A DNA stretch of 64,000 nt from Azolla caroliniana (taxonomy: Eukaryota; Plantae; Polypodiophyta). Within the stretch, counting starts at the first letter, position 1; each line of letters opens with the position of its first letter. Position numbers and translations under genes: made by a program. Under the pieces are notes generated by a model, which was not told where the DNA came from, made no database searches, and saw nothing but the letters and a program-made list of their open reading frames with translations. The stretch covers positions 36,270,001-36,334,000 of the forward strand of contig JBHGNT010000001.1 of the NCBI GenBank assembly GCA_043228905.1. The letters are read 5' to 3'. Shown piece after piece: positions 49,861-62,749 of this stretch.

Positions 49861-52800
49861 TTGCGGCCCACCATGGCATTAAGCCATTAGCAAACCCAAT
49901 CAATGAATTACACCTTTCTCATAAAAAATGAATAATACCTCTAGCATAAAATATTTTGAGAGCTTCGAGATTGGACTTTTGAAGTATCGTTGCATCTACA
50001 ATATCATCAAATTCAACATCCACCAAAGCATCATCATTTTCATAAAAGTTGTCTCGGTAATGTTTGGTTGGCAACTTCATGCATGAGCATGCAAAATTCA
50101 CTCTCTGAACATAATAGCGAAAAAACATTGGAAGAGTACATTGACTCTTAAATCAAGCCTATTTTTGCGAAGATTCTTATGTACAATACTTCCGGTTGGG
50201 AAATGCTTGCAAGCATGCAAGATTGTTTCAACAGTTTTAGAAAGCAATGGAAATGGAAATTTTGCCCATCTTCTATTGCATTACACAAGATCTTTGACAT
50301 TACAACGAACAAGCATATAGTTTTGCTTTTTATTGTGGGACCTTTGACATGTAATTTTCGTTGTTTTGGGTGCATAAGACCAACTAAGAAAAATTATGTG
50401 TTTCTTTACGTGGGTTTATTTTTTGGCCCATCTGGATACTATTGGAAAACATAAATAAACTGACAAATTTTGACAACTTGCCCACAATCCATACAAAGCC
50501 GCAAGCTCTTCTTGACTAAGAAAGTTATGATTGTCATTTACTACAATAATTATTAGAGAATACTCATGGTCTCTCTTTTGAATGTGTTTGGACAATACTC
50601 AATCCTACATCATTTCATTACTCATAAGTAATCTTTTTGTGGGTTGTCATACCTCACATCAAGTATTAAAAGAAAATTGTATGGCACAAAGATAGAGAGC
50701 ATTAGAATTCTTTTATATGCACTTGATTCTTTTTGTCTACTATTCCATCTATTGCATGCATTAATCACCCAAACCACGTGTTTATAGACATAACGTTTTA
50801 TTGAATTAAGAACATAGAATGGATTTTTGAATTGCTCACTATGTATGCAAAAATATATTAGTTTCTCCATATCGTTACATTAAATGCAATTTATTATCAA
50901 CACATAAAGAAAACAATGCTAATCTACCATAAGTTTAAGTTCATGTAGGGTTTTACGAGAGATAAATTTATTACAAAGCTTTGATTGATGAAAGGGAAAA
51001 TCTCTGTGCATACTCACAAGGTTTGACAACAAAGAAATGTTTCATTCATTGGTAAACCATGATCATGAACACAAAACTCTATGGGCTAATACAATCTAGA
51101 AGGCAAACATGGCTATGATCATCAAAATGGAAAAGAAAGAATCCATACATAAAGTTTGGTGGGTTAGCATAGGACCTCAATATCCCAATTGGGGCAATCA
51201 TATGGTTGGATGATCTAAGCCACTCCTAAGACCCTAAAGGCACTCAAAGCGATGGATTTTGATGTCAACACAAAAAACGTGTGATTTAGGTGTCCTAAAG
51301 GCACCCCATGCTTATATAACTATTTACATGCCCAAACCAACATGCAAGGTGTCCATAAGTGCTTCACCAAGGATATCACCACATTCCAATCACTCTTGAA
51401 CATTAGATAGCAATCACTTGTTGGCATTTGCTTAATTATATTAAACGAAAGTCTTGTTGTTTAATTCATCATGTTTTTGAACTTACGTAATTGTCCGCCA
51501 ACATTATTTGAATTTTTTTTATTCAATCGAGTATTTGGCAATTTTCATAGCAAAGAACTTCAAAGTTATTTAAATCCTTAATGTACACATGACAACTAAG
51601 GCAAGACCATGAGAAAATCAAAGTCAAAATCAATTGATGAATCCTTGATGTATATGAAAATAAGAGAAATCCCCAATTAAACTTGTTGAGGAAACATCCT
51701 CGTTTGAATTCACATTCATGTAATATTGGTTTTATACATCTTTTGTTATGCTTCTATAATTTTGCATTGCACTTCTTGCAAGGCCTGCTTCCAAACTTAT
51801 TGTATCCTTCTGAATATGCATTCATGTCAAATTCCAACCTTAAATTACTAGTTCATGGCATGATGTAGAATAATGGAAGCTAGTTTGTTTACTTTGAAGA
51901 CCCATGAATCTTGTGCAAATTAACCTTGTGGATTTTTTATGGAATTCCATATCGTCTATATGTACACTTCACTACAATGTTTTCAAATCACATAGAATGA
52001 ATGAAATAAATAATTAAATATCCAATTCTTTGAACAAAATTGGAACACACACTGAAATTAAAGCTTGAGTTCCTATTGGATGACCTTGAGCTCAAGTGAT
52101 GGCCCATGCCTATCATGATGTCTCGCAAGATTTGTATCAATTTGTTACAACCTCCACGTGAAGCCTTGATGTGTCATTGTGTATAACCATGTTTTCATTC
52201 CAAAGAAAAATGTAAAACTTTGCTAGAGTTAAAATCCATTGATGCATTTTAAGCATTGATGTTTTAAAAAATCATCTTTCTCAAACTCACAATTGCATTT
52301 ATCTCCTTTTTTAGCTAAATTAACAAATGCAATGAGAATAAACTGAGGTTAGGTTAACACACACGAGAGGTAATCATCATGACATGATCATCATGACTTT
52401 CACAACACCTACAAGAGATATCCTAGTGTATCCCCTCATCCCTCACTTCAACTACAATTGTTAACATTGATATATGTAACTATAATCATCAGAATTTAAC
52501 AACCGATAACAATACATTGATCCATCTGTCGATTTCAAAAGTTTTGACTACAAAACACATATACTATTGTGGCACTATATTCTGAGCTATTTTCATGTCT
52601 GAAAGTAGATTCCCTTACCTACTACATGCTCATGATTCATGCATATGTAATTTAGTAGAACTTTCTATCAATAGAAAAAGTTAGAAAAATCAATACGCGC
52701 CCCGCCATAAGTAAAAATACTGACTTTTCATTAACTTGGCTAATACATCATTATCTAGAAATTTCAAGCCTCTCTCTAGCCCCATATAAACCAATCAATA

Positions 52801-52869
52801 AACATTTTCCAATATTTCAAGAATGAATGTTGAAAGTCGGTTGGAGGGCCAAACAAAAACAAATGAAAG

Positions 52870-54255
52870 TTACACAAACCGCTTTAATGCACGAGGAACA
52901 GAATCATTTGAGAGCTTTGGTTTCTTGGCCATGGAGATTTCTCGACTCTGAGCTTCAAGTATTGGCCTTTTAGCTGAGATGATGTTATCTTGCTTACGTT
53001 TCTGTCTCCTACCAGGCTTATTCCGCCCTTTTAACTTATTCTTTAAGACAACAGATTTTCCAGCCAGTATTGCAGCAGCCCTATTTGCCTCTAAAGCTTG
53101 TCGGCTCTTCATCTGATGATGTTCAGTAGGATCACGGCGAACAGCTCCTATTTGTTTCGGATCGAGTACAATTGATTCGGGCTGCAATTTATCAAGAAGA
53201 GAATGAACCTCAGCTTCTCTCCTCTGCTTAATTGTCTCAAATGGATTTGCAACGTAAGTGTCAAAGTTAGCCTCCCCTGACCCTGGCACAAGAATAGACG
53301 ATATACCACCACTATGACCAATACCCATACTATCTTCATATGGACAGAAGCAAAAGTTTTGTATTTGCCATCCCTTTGGTAAGTGATGTGTCATGTAAGG
53401 CTTAGACTGCCTTGAAACAAGTGCATCTTTCCATATCTCAACATTAGAGCTCTGACCAACAGCTAAAAGACCCCGTTGGCTTACATCTAGCGATTTAGCT
53501 GGTGATTTTGAGAAGTAAGCATGAAGAGGAGTAAGCTTCCTCAAATCAAACACTTTAACCTTCCCATCCATACCAGCTGTGATCATCTGGTTTCCTTGCG
53601 ATTCAAAAGCTACGGCAGTCACTGGCCCACGATGGCAAAGTAAGGAAACAAGTGGTTTGCTCATATTAGGACTCCATGTAGTTACAGTTCCATTGCTATG
53701 TCCAAGACCAATAACTGCATTATGGGGATTCATCCGCAGCACATCACATCGTCCTAATCCGGACCTGTGCTGGGCCACACTAGTACCAGTACTAGTATCT
53801 TGATACCTAAGTGTACCAAATTTGTCGACTGAAACAAGCAAGAAATGATGTGGCAGAAATTCTAGCTTCAAAGGATAAGTGTGATCCTGCACAATTAGCT
53901 CACAATGTTATCATCAAGCATCAATAGAACCAGCAAAGGAATGGCTGCTGATACAGTTCAAAAAGAAGTTACATACTTTCAAGCAATGAATCTCTGTTCC
54001 TTTCTTGTCATATATGTAAACATATCTGCAAAAAAGACAAGGATGAGAAGAAGATTCTGTGGCTGTGCTGTTTACTTAGGATTCATGCACAGAGTTTAGG
54101 AGAACTAACTTCTTCTGAGCAGCTGCAAAAAACAGCTCATTATGCAGGAATTTTACATCCCTTGTCATTTCGGACACCTGTTTGGCACATTAACCAAAGT
54201 CAATTATAATTTCATCATCAAACCAGAAATTTATGTTGATTGCCAACACACACAT

Positions 54256-54299
<44 letters not shown>

Positions 54300-55648
54300 A
54301 CAATGTGCACTCTCAATTGCAACATTCATTGGTAAAGTTCTTGAACATCGAGAATCACTACTCACTTTCACACGTATCACGTGAAATGCAATATTTTTGG
54401 TCTGATAGGTCATATTTAACCTCTGAAGACGATAATATAATCCATCTCTCTCTCTCTCTCTCATTAACTCTAGTGAAAAAAGAATTGACAATGCTACTCT
54501 TTTTAAACATTGAGATTCAGAAATTGGATATGAACATGGTGTTCCTTACATCTAGTAAAAATCCATGCACAATAATTAACAGCTACTATGTGATTGCTTC
54601 TTCCTCTGTTTCCTTTCCATATCTAGACACAGGCATGCTGAAAGATGCAAACTAGAAATATGCTACACTATTGGCCTCCCAGAAAGGGATTGGTGAGTTA
54701 TTAAAATATACTGTGTTTATATGTATATTAAGCATTAAGAATGAAAAAGCTTCCAATAGTTTGTTCGTTCGTGAATAAGGGTAATCATTACCTGCAATTC
54801 TGATACAAGTCGAGATTCCTTCCAATCCATGATTGCAAGGTGGCCTTTCCTTCCTCCAATTACTAGATAGCGTCCATTACGAGTGAAATCAATTGCATAA
54901 GGTCCCAAAACTGTATCATCATTAAAAAGTTCTCAACAAACAGAAAATATCCTACACAGGCATTATGGGGATTTCAAAAACTAGTAACATAAATTGAAAT
55001 CAAGCGATCATGCTCATAGTTATTTATGAATTTTCCATGCCTTCAATTTTCAAGATCACTAGAGATAACCTGGAAGTTGAATATCGAAAGCCTTTCGAGC
55101 ACTTGCCAAATCAACATTGGGAAGAATGGCTTCTTGGGTAAAATTCTTTGTTTGTTCAAGTCCTTCAGCTTCAAGGTAACCAGCCTCACTGGGCAATAAC
55201 CACTGCATCAGAAACAACAACCACTAGATCAAAAATCTGCATAGAAGGTGTGCTTGCAATCTCAACTTTATCAAATAAAATGTGTATAAACATTTCAGAA
55301 ATTGGTATGTACAGAGCTTCATTAAACTAGCACGTGCACATAGGATGATTATTGAAGAGAGAAAAAGGCACAAACCTGCTCAAATTTCACAGCAGTACGT
55401 GCAGACTTTCCTATTATCTCTTCTCTCTGCCGAAGCTGCCCTCTAAGCTTCTTATCAGTCAGGTCCTGTTACAGATGAAGGATCAAAGATGTGGTACATT
55501 AAGGTCTTTCTAGAGAGCGGAGGATGAGAGATAAATTAAAACAAAAAACCAGCAAAAAACTGACTATTACCTTCAATGGAACCCTTCCACCTCGGGCATA
55601 TTTGATTTCTTGAGGAGTGAGCTCTGGCAATGGCTCTGAATCCTCCAT
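52870..55648 (-). CDS. UTP7: U3 snoRNP-associated WD40 protein UTP7 (WDR46/BING4), 7 coding exons
   Basis: Exons 55648-55571, 55465-55376, 55202-55070, 54910-54792, 54177-54110, 54025-53977, 53886-52870; all GT-AG and in phase. Motifs GPYAIDFTRNGR, FLHNELFFAAAQKK, LEFLPHHFLL and the BING4CT motif (PGSGEANFD..NPFET.KQRREAEV..LLDKLQP). Confidence 0.95.
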
Positions 55649-55714
55649 TGCTGCTCCCAAAATTCTACCCTTGAAATTTCTGTGTCTAAAGAAATATTAA
55701 ATTAATGTTTCAAC

Positions 55715-55983
55715 AAGCCCTAAATTTACTGCAATTAAAAAGTTCGCAAATGCCCTTCATTTCTCTCTGCCCTTAACCTATTTTCAATTAAGGAAAAACT
55801 ACCTTTATTTCCCTAAATGGCCCAAAATTTTCATTAATTCTACGAACTCACCTAGTGTAATTATTTGTGCTATGTGAGAAATTATATGGTCAATTTTCTC
55901 TTTTTCTCTCTTTCAACGATTGGCCAGGGGCATTTATGAAAATAACGAATATCTTGGCAGTTATTTCATTAGGTTTTCCTTTT
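55715..55983. mobile_element. Mutator-type MITE-like inverted repeat in the UTP7 leader intron
   Basis: ..AAATGCCC.. versus ..GGGGCATTT.. arms. Shares AAGGAAAAACT and CTTTATTTCCC.AAATG.CC with the element at 61343. Confidence 0.45.
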
Positions 55984-58204
55984 TGTTCATTAGCTTCTTG
56001 ATGCCTAATATCAAAGTTCAATGCAAGAACCAATTCCAACTTTTATGACTAACATTTGCCTCTTCCCCAGAAACTTTGAAATTTTCAGTTGGAATGAATA
56101 AGTCCTAGACGTCTGGCCTTTGGACAGGATATTGATCCATTGTTCATATTTCTGTAAGGCCAAAAGATGGTTCTAAACCCACCTTCTGTTTCTCTTGTCA
56201 TTTTCATACATTTTGGAAAGAAATATTGGCTGTGGAAGTGTTTAGAAGAGGTGAAACTTGGTACCTTTTCAATGTTCGTGGCTCACTTTTGTGTGATTTC
56301 TATAGATGGAGATGAGCTGGGCTATGGACCTTCTTCCTCCTTGAGCACTCGAATATATGTTAAATTTGTCTACTACTCAAACTTTGAAGGAAGAGTATGC
56401 TCATCCAGCCAACTAAAGAGCAAGTTTCTCTAAATTCTTGACATTTTCTATAACAAGGTGTTATTTCCATTGTTCTTCTAGGACATTATTTAATCATTAT
56501 TCTGGTTTTTTAATAACTCCCATGGAACTCTTGAAAAGTAGTCAAGAATGAAATTCCATGGCCAATATGTAACAACTAAGGGCCAATAACTCATAAACAG
56601 GAATCCAAGCTGGAAAGCCCCAGATCAGCATATGATTGGTCCTAAATAAACTCACACAAAAGTCAGACTTGAAATTAATGGATAGTCATTTTAGAGAATT
56701 GAAACGTGCATATATTGTAGCATATTTTCTTTTTTCATTTGGTATGCCTGGTGGATACCTTGAAAACTTTATATTATGGTCTTAATAGTCGAAATAGGTT
56801 TAAGAAGTTGGTTGTGTTTTAGGTTTTGCATTCTATCATACCAATGATCAGTAGATAAATGCTGCCCATTCTGGGGCCAACAGGGTGTCATTTTCCTTGT
56901 TTGGGAGCAATCTAGCTTCCTAAATCTGAAATTAATTCTTAATGACTCCAAACCTGAAGTAGATGTTTCTTCATTTATATAAGAATTCTCTAATGGTAAA
57001 GTTTTAACTAAATTGATGGTTTAGCTAGTGCCACGGGCTGGTTGTCTACTCCATCCATAGGTCTTCTGAAACCTTTATTCATCAACCTTCTATTCGAGAA
57101 GCATTTTTTGCTCTTTACTAAAAAAACTTAGTTTGCTTGAATTGCTCTCCAAATTTTCATTATGTCATCTCGTGAATATGTAGTTGAAAGTGCTCTGATG
57201 TTTTCTTAAACTTCCAAAAACTTGAAAAGGCTTTCATAAGTAGGAATCATCCTATTCTACTCCTCCATGTTCTCCAACAGTTAGTTATGTCCTCTCACTA
57301 ACATGCGCCCAAGGTGTTATGACGTATTCACAAACTATCAAAATCATGCAAATGGTTTCATCAGCATGGAATCATCCCATTCTACTCTTCCATGTGCCAA
57401 TGTGTTTACTACATTTAAGCAGATAGTGATGTGAGACTTTAAGGAGGGTGATATGAGAATCTGTTTCCAATAGCTTTTATGTTTGGAAAATATAACATCC
57501 ACCGTGTTTAACTACGTGAATCATTGAGTTCAAATGTATTCATTGGTTGGAGACTTTCCGTATGTGTTAATGAATCACATTCTGCCATTCAAAGTATGAT
57601 TCCTAAGGGTATTGGACGACGTGTTAGAGTATTGTTAGATGGGTGTTTGTGAGATGATTAGAGGTTTTAGGTTTCACTTATATGAGCAAGAAACAAATAT
57701 ATAACCAAACTTAGAGAATAATTAAAAACATGACACATCATGTTGTTTAGGTAAATGCAAGCAACAAGATACACAAAAGCCATTTACGGGTGAATAAAAA
57801 GTGGATGCACTATTATTGTCTCAAGCACCACGATTGGGTGTCTATAGAATAGATGGTTGCTAAAGGCACATTCTCATGAAAATAACTCACATCAATGTCA
57901 TCACATATATAGTGTGCATTATTTGGATTGAGAATTTCGTATGATCTAAAGTACAACGACACACTCATAAGAAACTAAACATGGAACAATTGCACAACTT
58001 GTTTCTTCTTGTTTTAACATGAAATTACAATGATTTAGGGTTTTGTGATTGTGCATTCATCAGACGAAGATTGGACAATGATATGAATTTGAAATAGAAT
58101 AAAAGGTGAATTCTTTCGAAGCATGGACACAGGCATGTTATGAGTAGGAGAAATCCTGTGAGTATGCGAAGAAACCTGAGGGTGGACAATGAGCAAAGAC
58201 TTAC

Positions 58205-58420
58205 CTTTAGTTGTGAAAAGCTCTTTCTCTCTGCGTATATGAGTGGCGAGGAGCTCAGAAAGAACGAAATCCACGGAAAGACGCAATAGAATTTGTATGG
58301 TGTTCGTCTGGCAGGAGACAGCAACAGAAGAATAGAAGAAATAAGAAAACCACCAAGACAAAAAATAAGTGAAAAGACATACGTGTGTGTGTGTGGGGTG
58401 CGGGTTCCTTTTTAGGGTTT
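58205..58420 (-). promoter_or_regulatory. Putative non-coding first exon and promoter of UTP7 with a telo-box
   Basis: Pyrimidine-rich leader on the minus strand ending in a strong donor AAG|GTAAGT at 58204. Matching acceptor TTTAGACACAG at 55680, just before the ATG. AAACCCTA at 58413-58420. Confidence 0.55.
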
Positions 58421-59630
58421 AATTATGGTGAGCTTTTCCTTAATTACATCAATACCCCTGTCTATGTATATGTATGTGTATATGTGATTGTGTGAAATGA
58501 AACACAAGGAGGTGCTATTACCAAGCATCTTGTGAGGTAATTGAGATTGAAATGCAAAGGATCGAGGTTTCTACTGTCAAACAGCAGGCCATGGATGCTC
58601 ACTACAAACGAATGTTCAAAATAGCTTTTTCCCCAATTTTGTATTGACCATTCTACACGTGTTGTAAATAGATAGTATCAATCATCCCGTGCGTATTATC
58701 TCCTTAACTAGTGACATTGTTTTTACCTCATCGGTAATTTGTTCGTTGTATATCTTTGGCCATGTTTTTTTTTACGATTTGCATCCATTTGGGACATAAA
58801 TAACAACACGTGTTATTATGTCTACGTTCTACCAACCAATGGAAAACCAACACTTCTAATCTGAAGTAAATTGCCTTGAGGAATTGCATCACTCCATGAT
58901 AGACATTAAAGAAAGTAACTTGTATTGCTCGTTACGATTTTTTGATGTAGAAACTGGATCTAGAACTTCCCACAAGAAGGAAATCACTTAGGTGATGATT
59001 TTGTGGTAAATCGTAAAATGGTGGCTATCCACAACACACAGACGCACAAAACATTGTTCACTCCACATCTTGACATTCAAATCAGACATGATAAATCTAT
59101 TGTGAAGCTTAAAACTTAAACAATGATTTACATGGCAATTTTGCGTCCATCCAAGACATAAAAGGAATGCTACTGCAAGTTTTGCCATTCAAATCGGACC
59201 TAAAACTTGTTTCACATGAAGTTAGTCGAATGCATTCATCATCGTCTACAGGTGTCAATAAGAACAAGTAAATAATCTTGATTTAACACGTGATTTAGGT
59301 CAATGAAATCATGGGATTTGTGACAAATTTGGTCACAATCCACAACATAAAGAAATGCCATATATTGTTCATATGGTCCATATATTGTAATTCAAATTGA
59401 ACCCACGACTCGTCTCTGTATGAAGCTGGCGTGAACCCATGATCATTGGGAGGTGTTGACAATGACTAGTACATTGAAGAGAGACTTATAGTATGAAGTA
59501 AATGACTTGGTGAATGTTTTTTGTGGAGAAGCCACATCCATCCACGACATAGAAAAAATGCCAATATTCTTCATCTTGGGCCATACTTTGGCAATGGAAG
59601 CCGAAACTCTTCACATGCAAAGTAAGTGTG

Positions 59631-59950
59631 AACCATGGTGTTAGAGTGTTGCCTCTCTCGACAATGTTATTTCACAATGATTTTCGACACAATGCACAAT
59701 AGTAGTAGATGGATTAGGGTTTACAATGGACCAACACTACAAAATCTTGCTTTTGTATCTTTACAGTGTAAAATTATAAATACATAAAATAACCATGGTG
59801 TTAGAGTGTTGCCTCTCTCGACAATGTTATTTCACAATGATTTCCGACACAATGCACAATAGTAGTAGATGGATTAGGGTTTACAATGGACCAACACTAC
59901 AAAATCTTGCTTTTGTATCTTTACAGTGTAAAATTATAAATACATAAAAT
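59631..59950. repeat. Tandem duplication, 160-bp unit x2, in the HEN2 promoter
   Basis: 59631-59790 and 59791-59950 are identical except for one base seen; each copy carries TAGGGTTT. Confidence 0.97.
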
Positions 59951-60128
59951 TTGGACTGAGTGTTAGGGATGTTCAGTAACAGTTCAGCTGTGCCAAATTT
60001 GTACGAAATGCAGAGGTTTTAGAAAAGGATTGGAGTTTATTTCCCATGAACGAGGAGACGGAAGAATTAGGATTTCTTTTCCATTTGACATCATCACGAG
60101 CTCTCTCAAAGAAGAGAAGGAAGTGGAC

Positions 60129-62590
60129 ATGGAGAAGATAGCTGGAAATGATTATTCAACAGAGACTAATATCGGAAAACGGAGAAATTCGGAGACTAAT
60201 ACTAGTAATCATACTGATACAGGTGTGACAGAAGAAGAAAGCCCTATAATGAAAAAAAGAAGAGGTTTCAGGACACGATCATGTGTTCACGAAGTCGCGA
60301 TTCCACCCAACTATGTATTTACGAAAGATACAGAAAGCTATGGAAGTATAGGTAATCCTCTATACAAAGGCATCTCTGCAAAGACATACCCTTTTAAGTT
60401 GGACCCATTTCAAGAAATATCAGTTTCTTGTCTTGAGCGCAATGAATCAGTCTTGGTTTCTGCACACACATCGGCGGGGAAAACTGCCATAGCGGAGTAT
60501 GCAATAGCTATGTCTTTCCGTGATCACCAAAAGGTCATATATACATCACCATTGAAAGCTCTTAGTAATCAAAAGTATCGAGAACTTCAAGAAGAGTTCA
60601 GTGATGTTGGCCTTATGACTGGGGATGTGTCAATATCCCCGAATGCTAGTTGTATCGTGATGACAACCGAAATTCTAAGAGGAATGCTATATCGAGGATC
60701 AGAGTTATTGAAGGAAGTTGCTTGGGTTATCTTCGATGAGATTCACTACATGAGAGACAGAGAAAGAGGTGTTGTGTGGGAAGAAACAATTATCTTTTTG
60801 CCTCCAGCTATTAAGATGGTATTTTTATCAGCCACATTATCAAATGCAACAGAATTTGCAGAGTGGATTTGTCATTTACACAAGCAACCTTGCCATGTTG
60901 TATATACTGATTTTAGACCAACTCCATTGCAACATTATGGTTTCCCTATTGGTGGCTCAGGTCTATACCTAATTGTTGATGAGAAGGGTCAATTCCGAGA
61001 AAATAGTTTTGATAAACTTATTGCTTCATTCGAAAAAGACGCTGTTCAAGAGGGGAGTATTTCCTTACCTGCCATCACAATGCGTGGTAAAGGGTCGGGA
61101 AAGGCAGGGAAAGGATCACAAGGAAGAGGTGAAACGGAAACAGATGTGTGTAAAATTGTGAAGGTGGGTGATGGTTTTCTCTGGACGTTTAGCAATGCAT
61201 TCTTTGATGATGTTTTTCCATGTAAGTAGGTCATTTTCCTTCTTATTAAGAAAAATGAAAACTTTCTTTGTTCTCTTGTCATAATGTTAGTTTTTTTATG
61301 GTGGAGTTTTTATATTTCTCCCTCCTCAGTCTAATCATTAACAAGGAAAAACTCCAAAATATGCTCTCTTTTCCTTTATTTCCCCAAATGTCCATAGGTC
61401 TCTGTTATTCCCTTCCCCCCCCTGATGCCCCTGGTCAAAATCTAGAAAGAAAGAGGTGGGTGAATCAACATAGAATTCTCAAGTAGCACATATAATTGTC
61501 TGAGAGAGGTTGACCAAGGGCATTTGGAGAAATAAATAAATACTCAGGGTATTTCAAAGATTTTCATGTATTTCCTTTTAATTATGGTATATCAGTTTGT
61601 CGTAGTGGCCAACTGTAGCTCCTTTTCTAGGCTATTTGCAAAAATCCGTTTCCTATCACAGTACATAGGTAAAACTATCATAAACATTTGTGCTGCAATT
61701 CAGATAAGCATGCTTAAATTATATGAGAAATGACACTCATAGAAGCTTAAAAAGATTCTCCATATCTCAAATATATGAAAGGGCTTTTAAATTTCATCTA
61801 AATATATATTATAAAGAAAGTGAGAGAGATTATTTTTTCTTACTGTAGATGATAAAGGAAAGAAAATTCCATCCAGTAATAGTCTTCAGCTTCAGCCGTC
61901 GCGAATGTGAACAATACGCAATATCAATGCAAAAACTTGATTTCAATTCTGAAGAGGAAAAGACTGTAGTAAATGAAGTGTTCAAAAACGCAATACAGTG
62001 CCTTAATGAAGAGGACAGGGAACTACTTCCAATCAAATCCATATTACCTCTTCTTGAAAGGGGAATAGCAATGCATCATTCGGGTCTCCTTCCTATTGTG
62101 AAAGAGGTTGTGGAAATTTTGTTCCAAGAAGGATTGATAAAGGCATTGTTTGCCACTGAAACGGTAAATATATATTACTTTTGCCATTAAATTTAAGTGA
62201 AAGTTATAGATAGAACCTTTTAGTGTGAGGTCAACTTTAGGACAATCATTTTCAGAGATAACAGAAGGTTTGGAAGTAAACGATTATGAACATAAGCTAT
62301 ATAGAAAAACCTATTACATGTAATTTGTAAACAGTTTGCTATGGGATTGAATATGCCCGCGAAGACTGTAGTATTCACGGCTCTTCGGAAATGGGATGGG
62401 AATACTCATCGTTGGATGACCTCTGGAGAGTATATCCAGGTATACAAACTGTTTCATCAGAAGAAAACCAAATTCATCAACTACTCATATATCAAGATTA
62501 AATCATGTGTTACATTCATAGATGAGTGGAAGAGCTGGAAGGCGTGGCAAGGATGAGCGTGGTATATCAATAATAATGGTTGATAAACAG
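60129..62590 (+). CDS. HEN2: SKI2-family DExH RNA helicase HEN2 (nucleoplasmic exosome cofactor), first 4 exons; the gene continues beyond the window
   Basis: Exons 60129-61163, 61849-62163, 62335-62439, 62522-62590. Motifs [44 protein letters not shown]. The HEN2-type N-terminus ([35 protein letters not shown]) favours HEN2 over MTR4. Confidence 0.9.
61343..61578. mobile_element. MITE-like inverted repeat in HEN2 intron 1
   Basis: TTTATTTCCCCAAATGTCCATAGGTC (left) is the inverse of GACCAAGGGCATTTGGAGAAATAAA (right); the ends are AAGGAAA..TTTCCTT. Confidence 0.6.
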
Positions 62591-62749
62591 GTACACACTT
62601 TGATCAACAACTCTTAAGTTCTTATTTATTTTTGTGCGTTTTAAGCTTAAAATATTCTCAGTCCTTGTGAGAGAAACTAGTGACTGCTCCCTAGGTGTTC
62701 AGGGTTAGAATTTATCGGAAACACATTGAGTTTATGATTGTATCATGTT

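Noticed and set aside
59010-59068. Kinase-like relic on the minus strand (MWS..CG*PPFYD)
   Set aside because: Needs a frameshift and a stop, and no convincing HRD or DFG motifs lie nearby.
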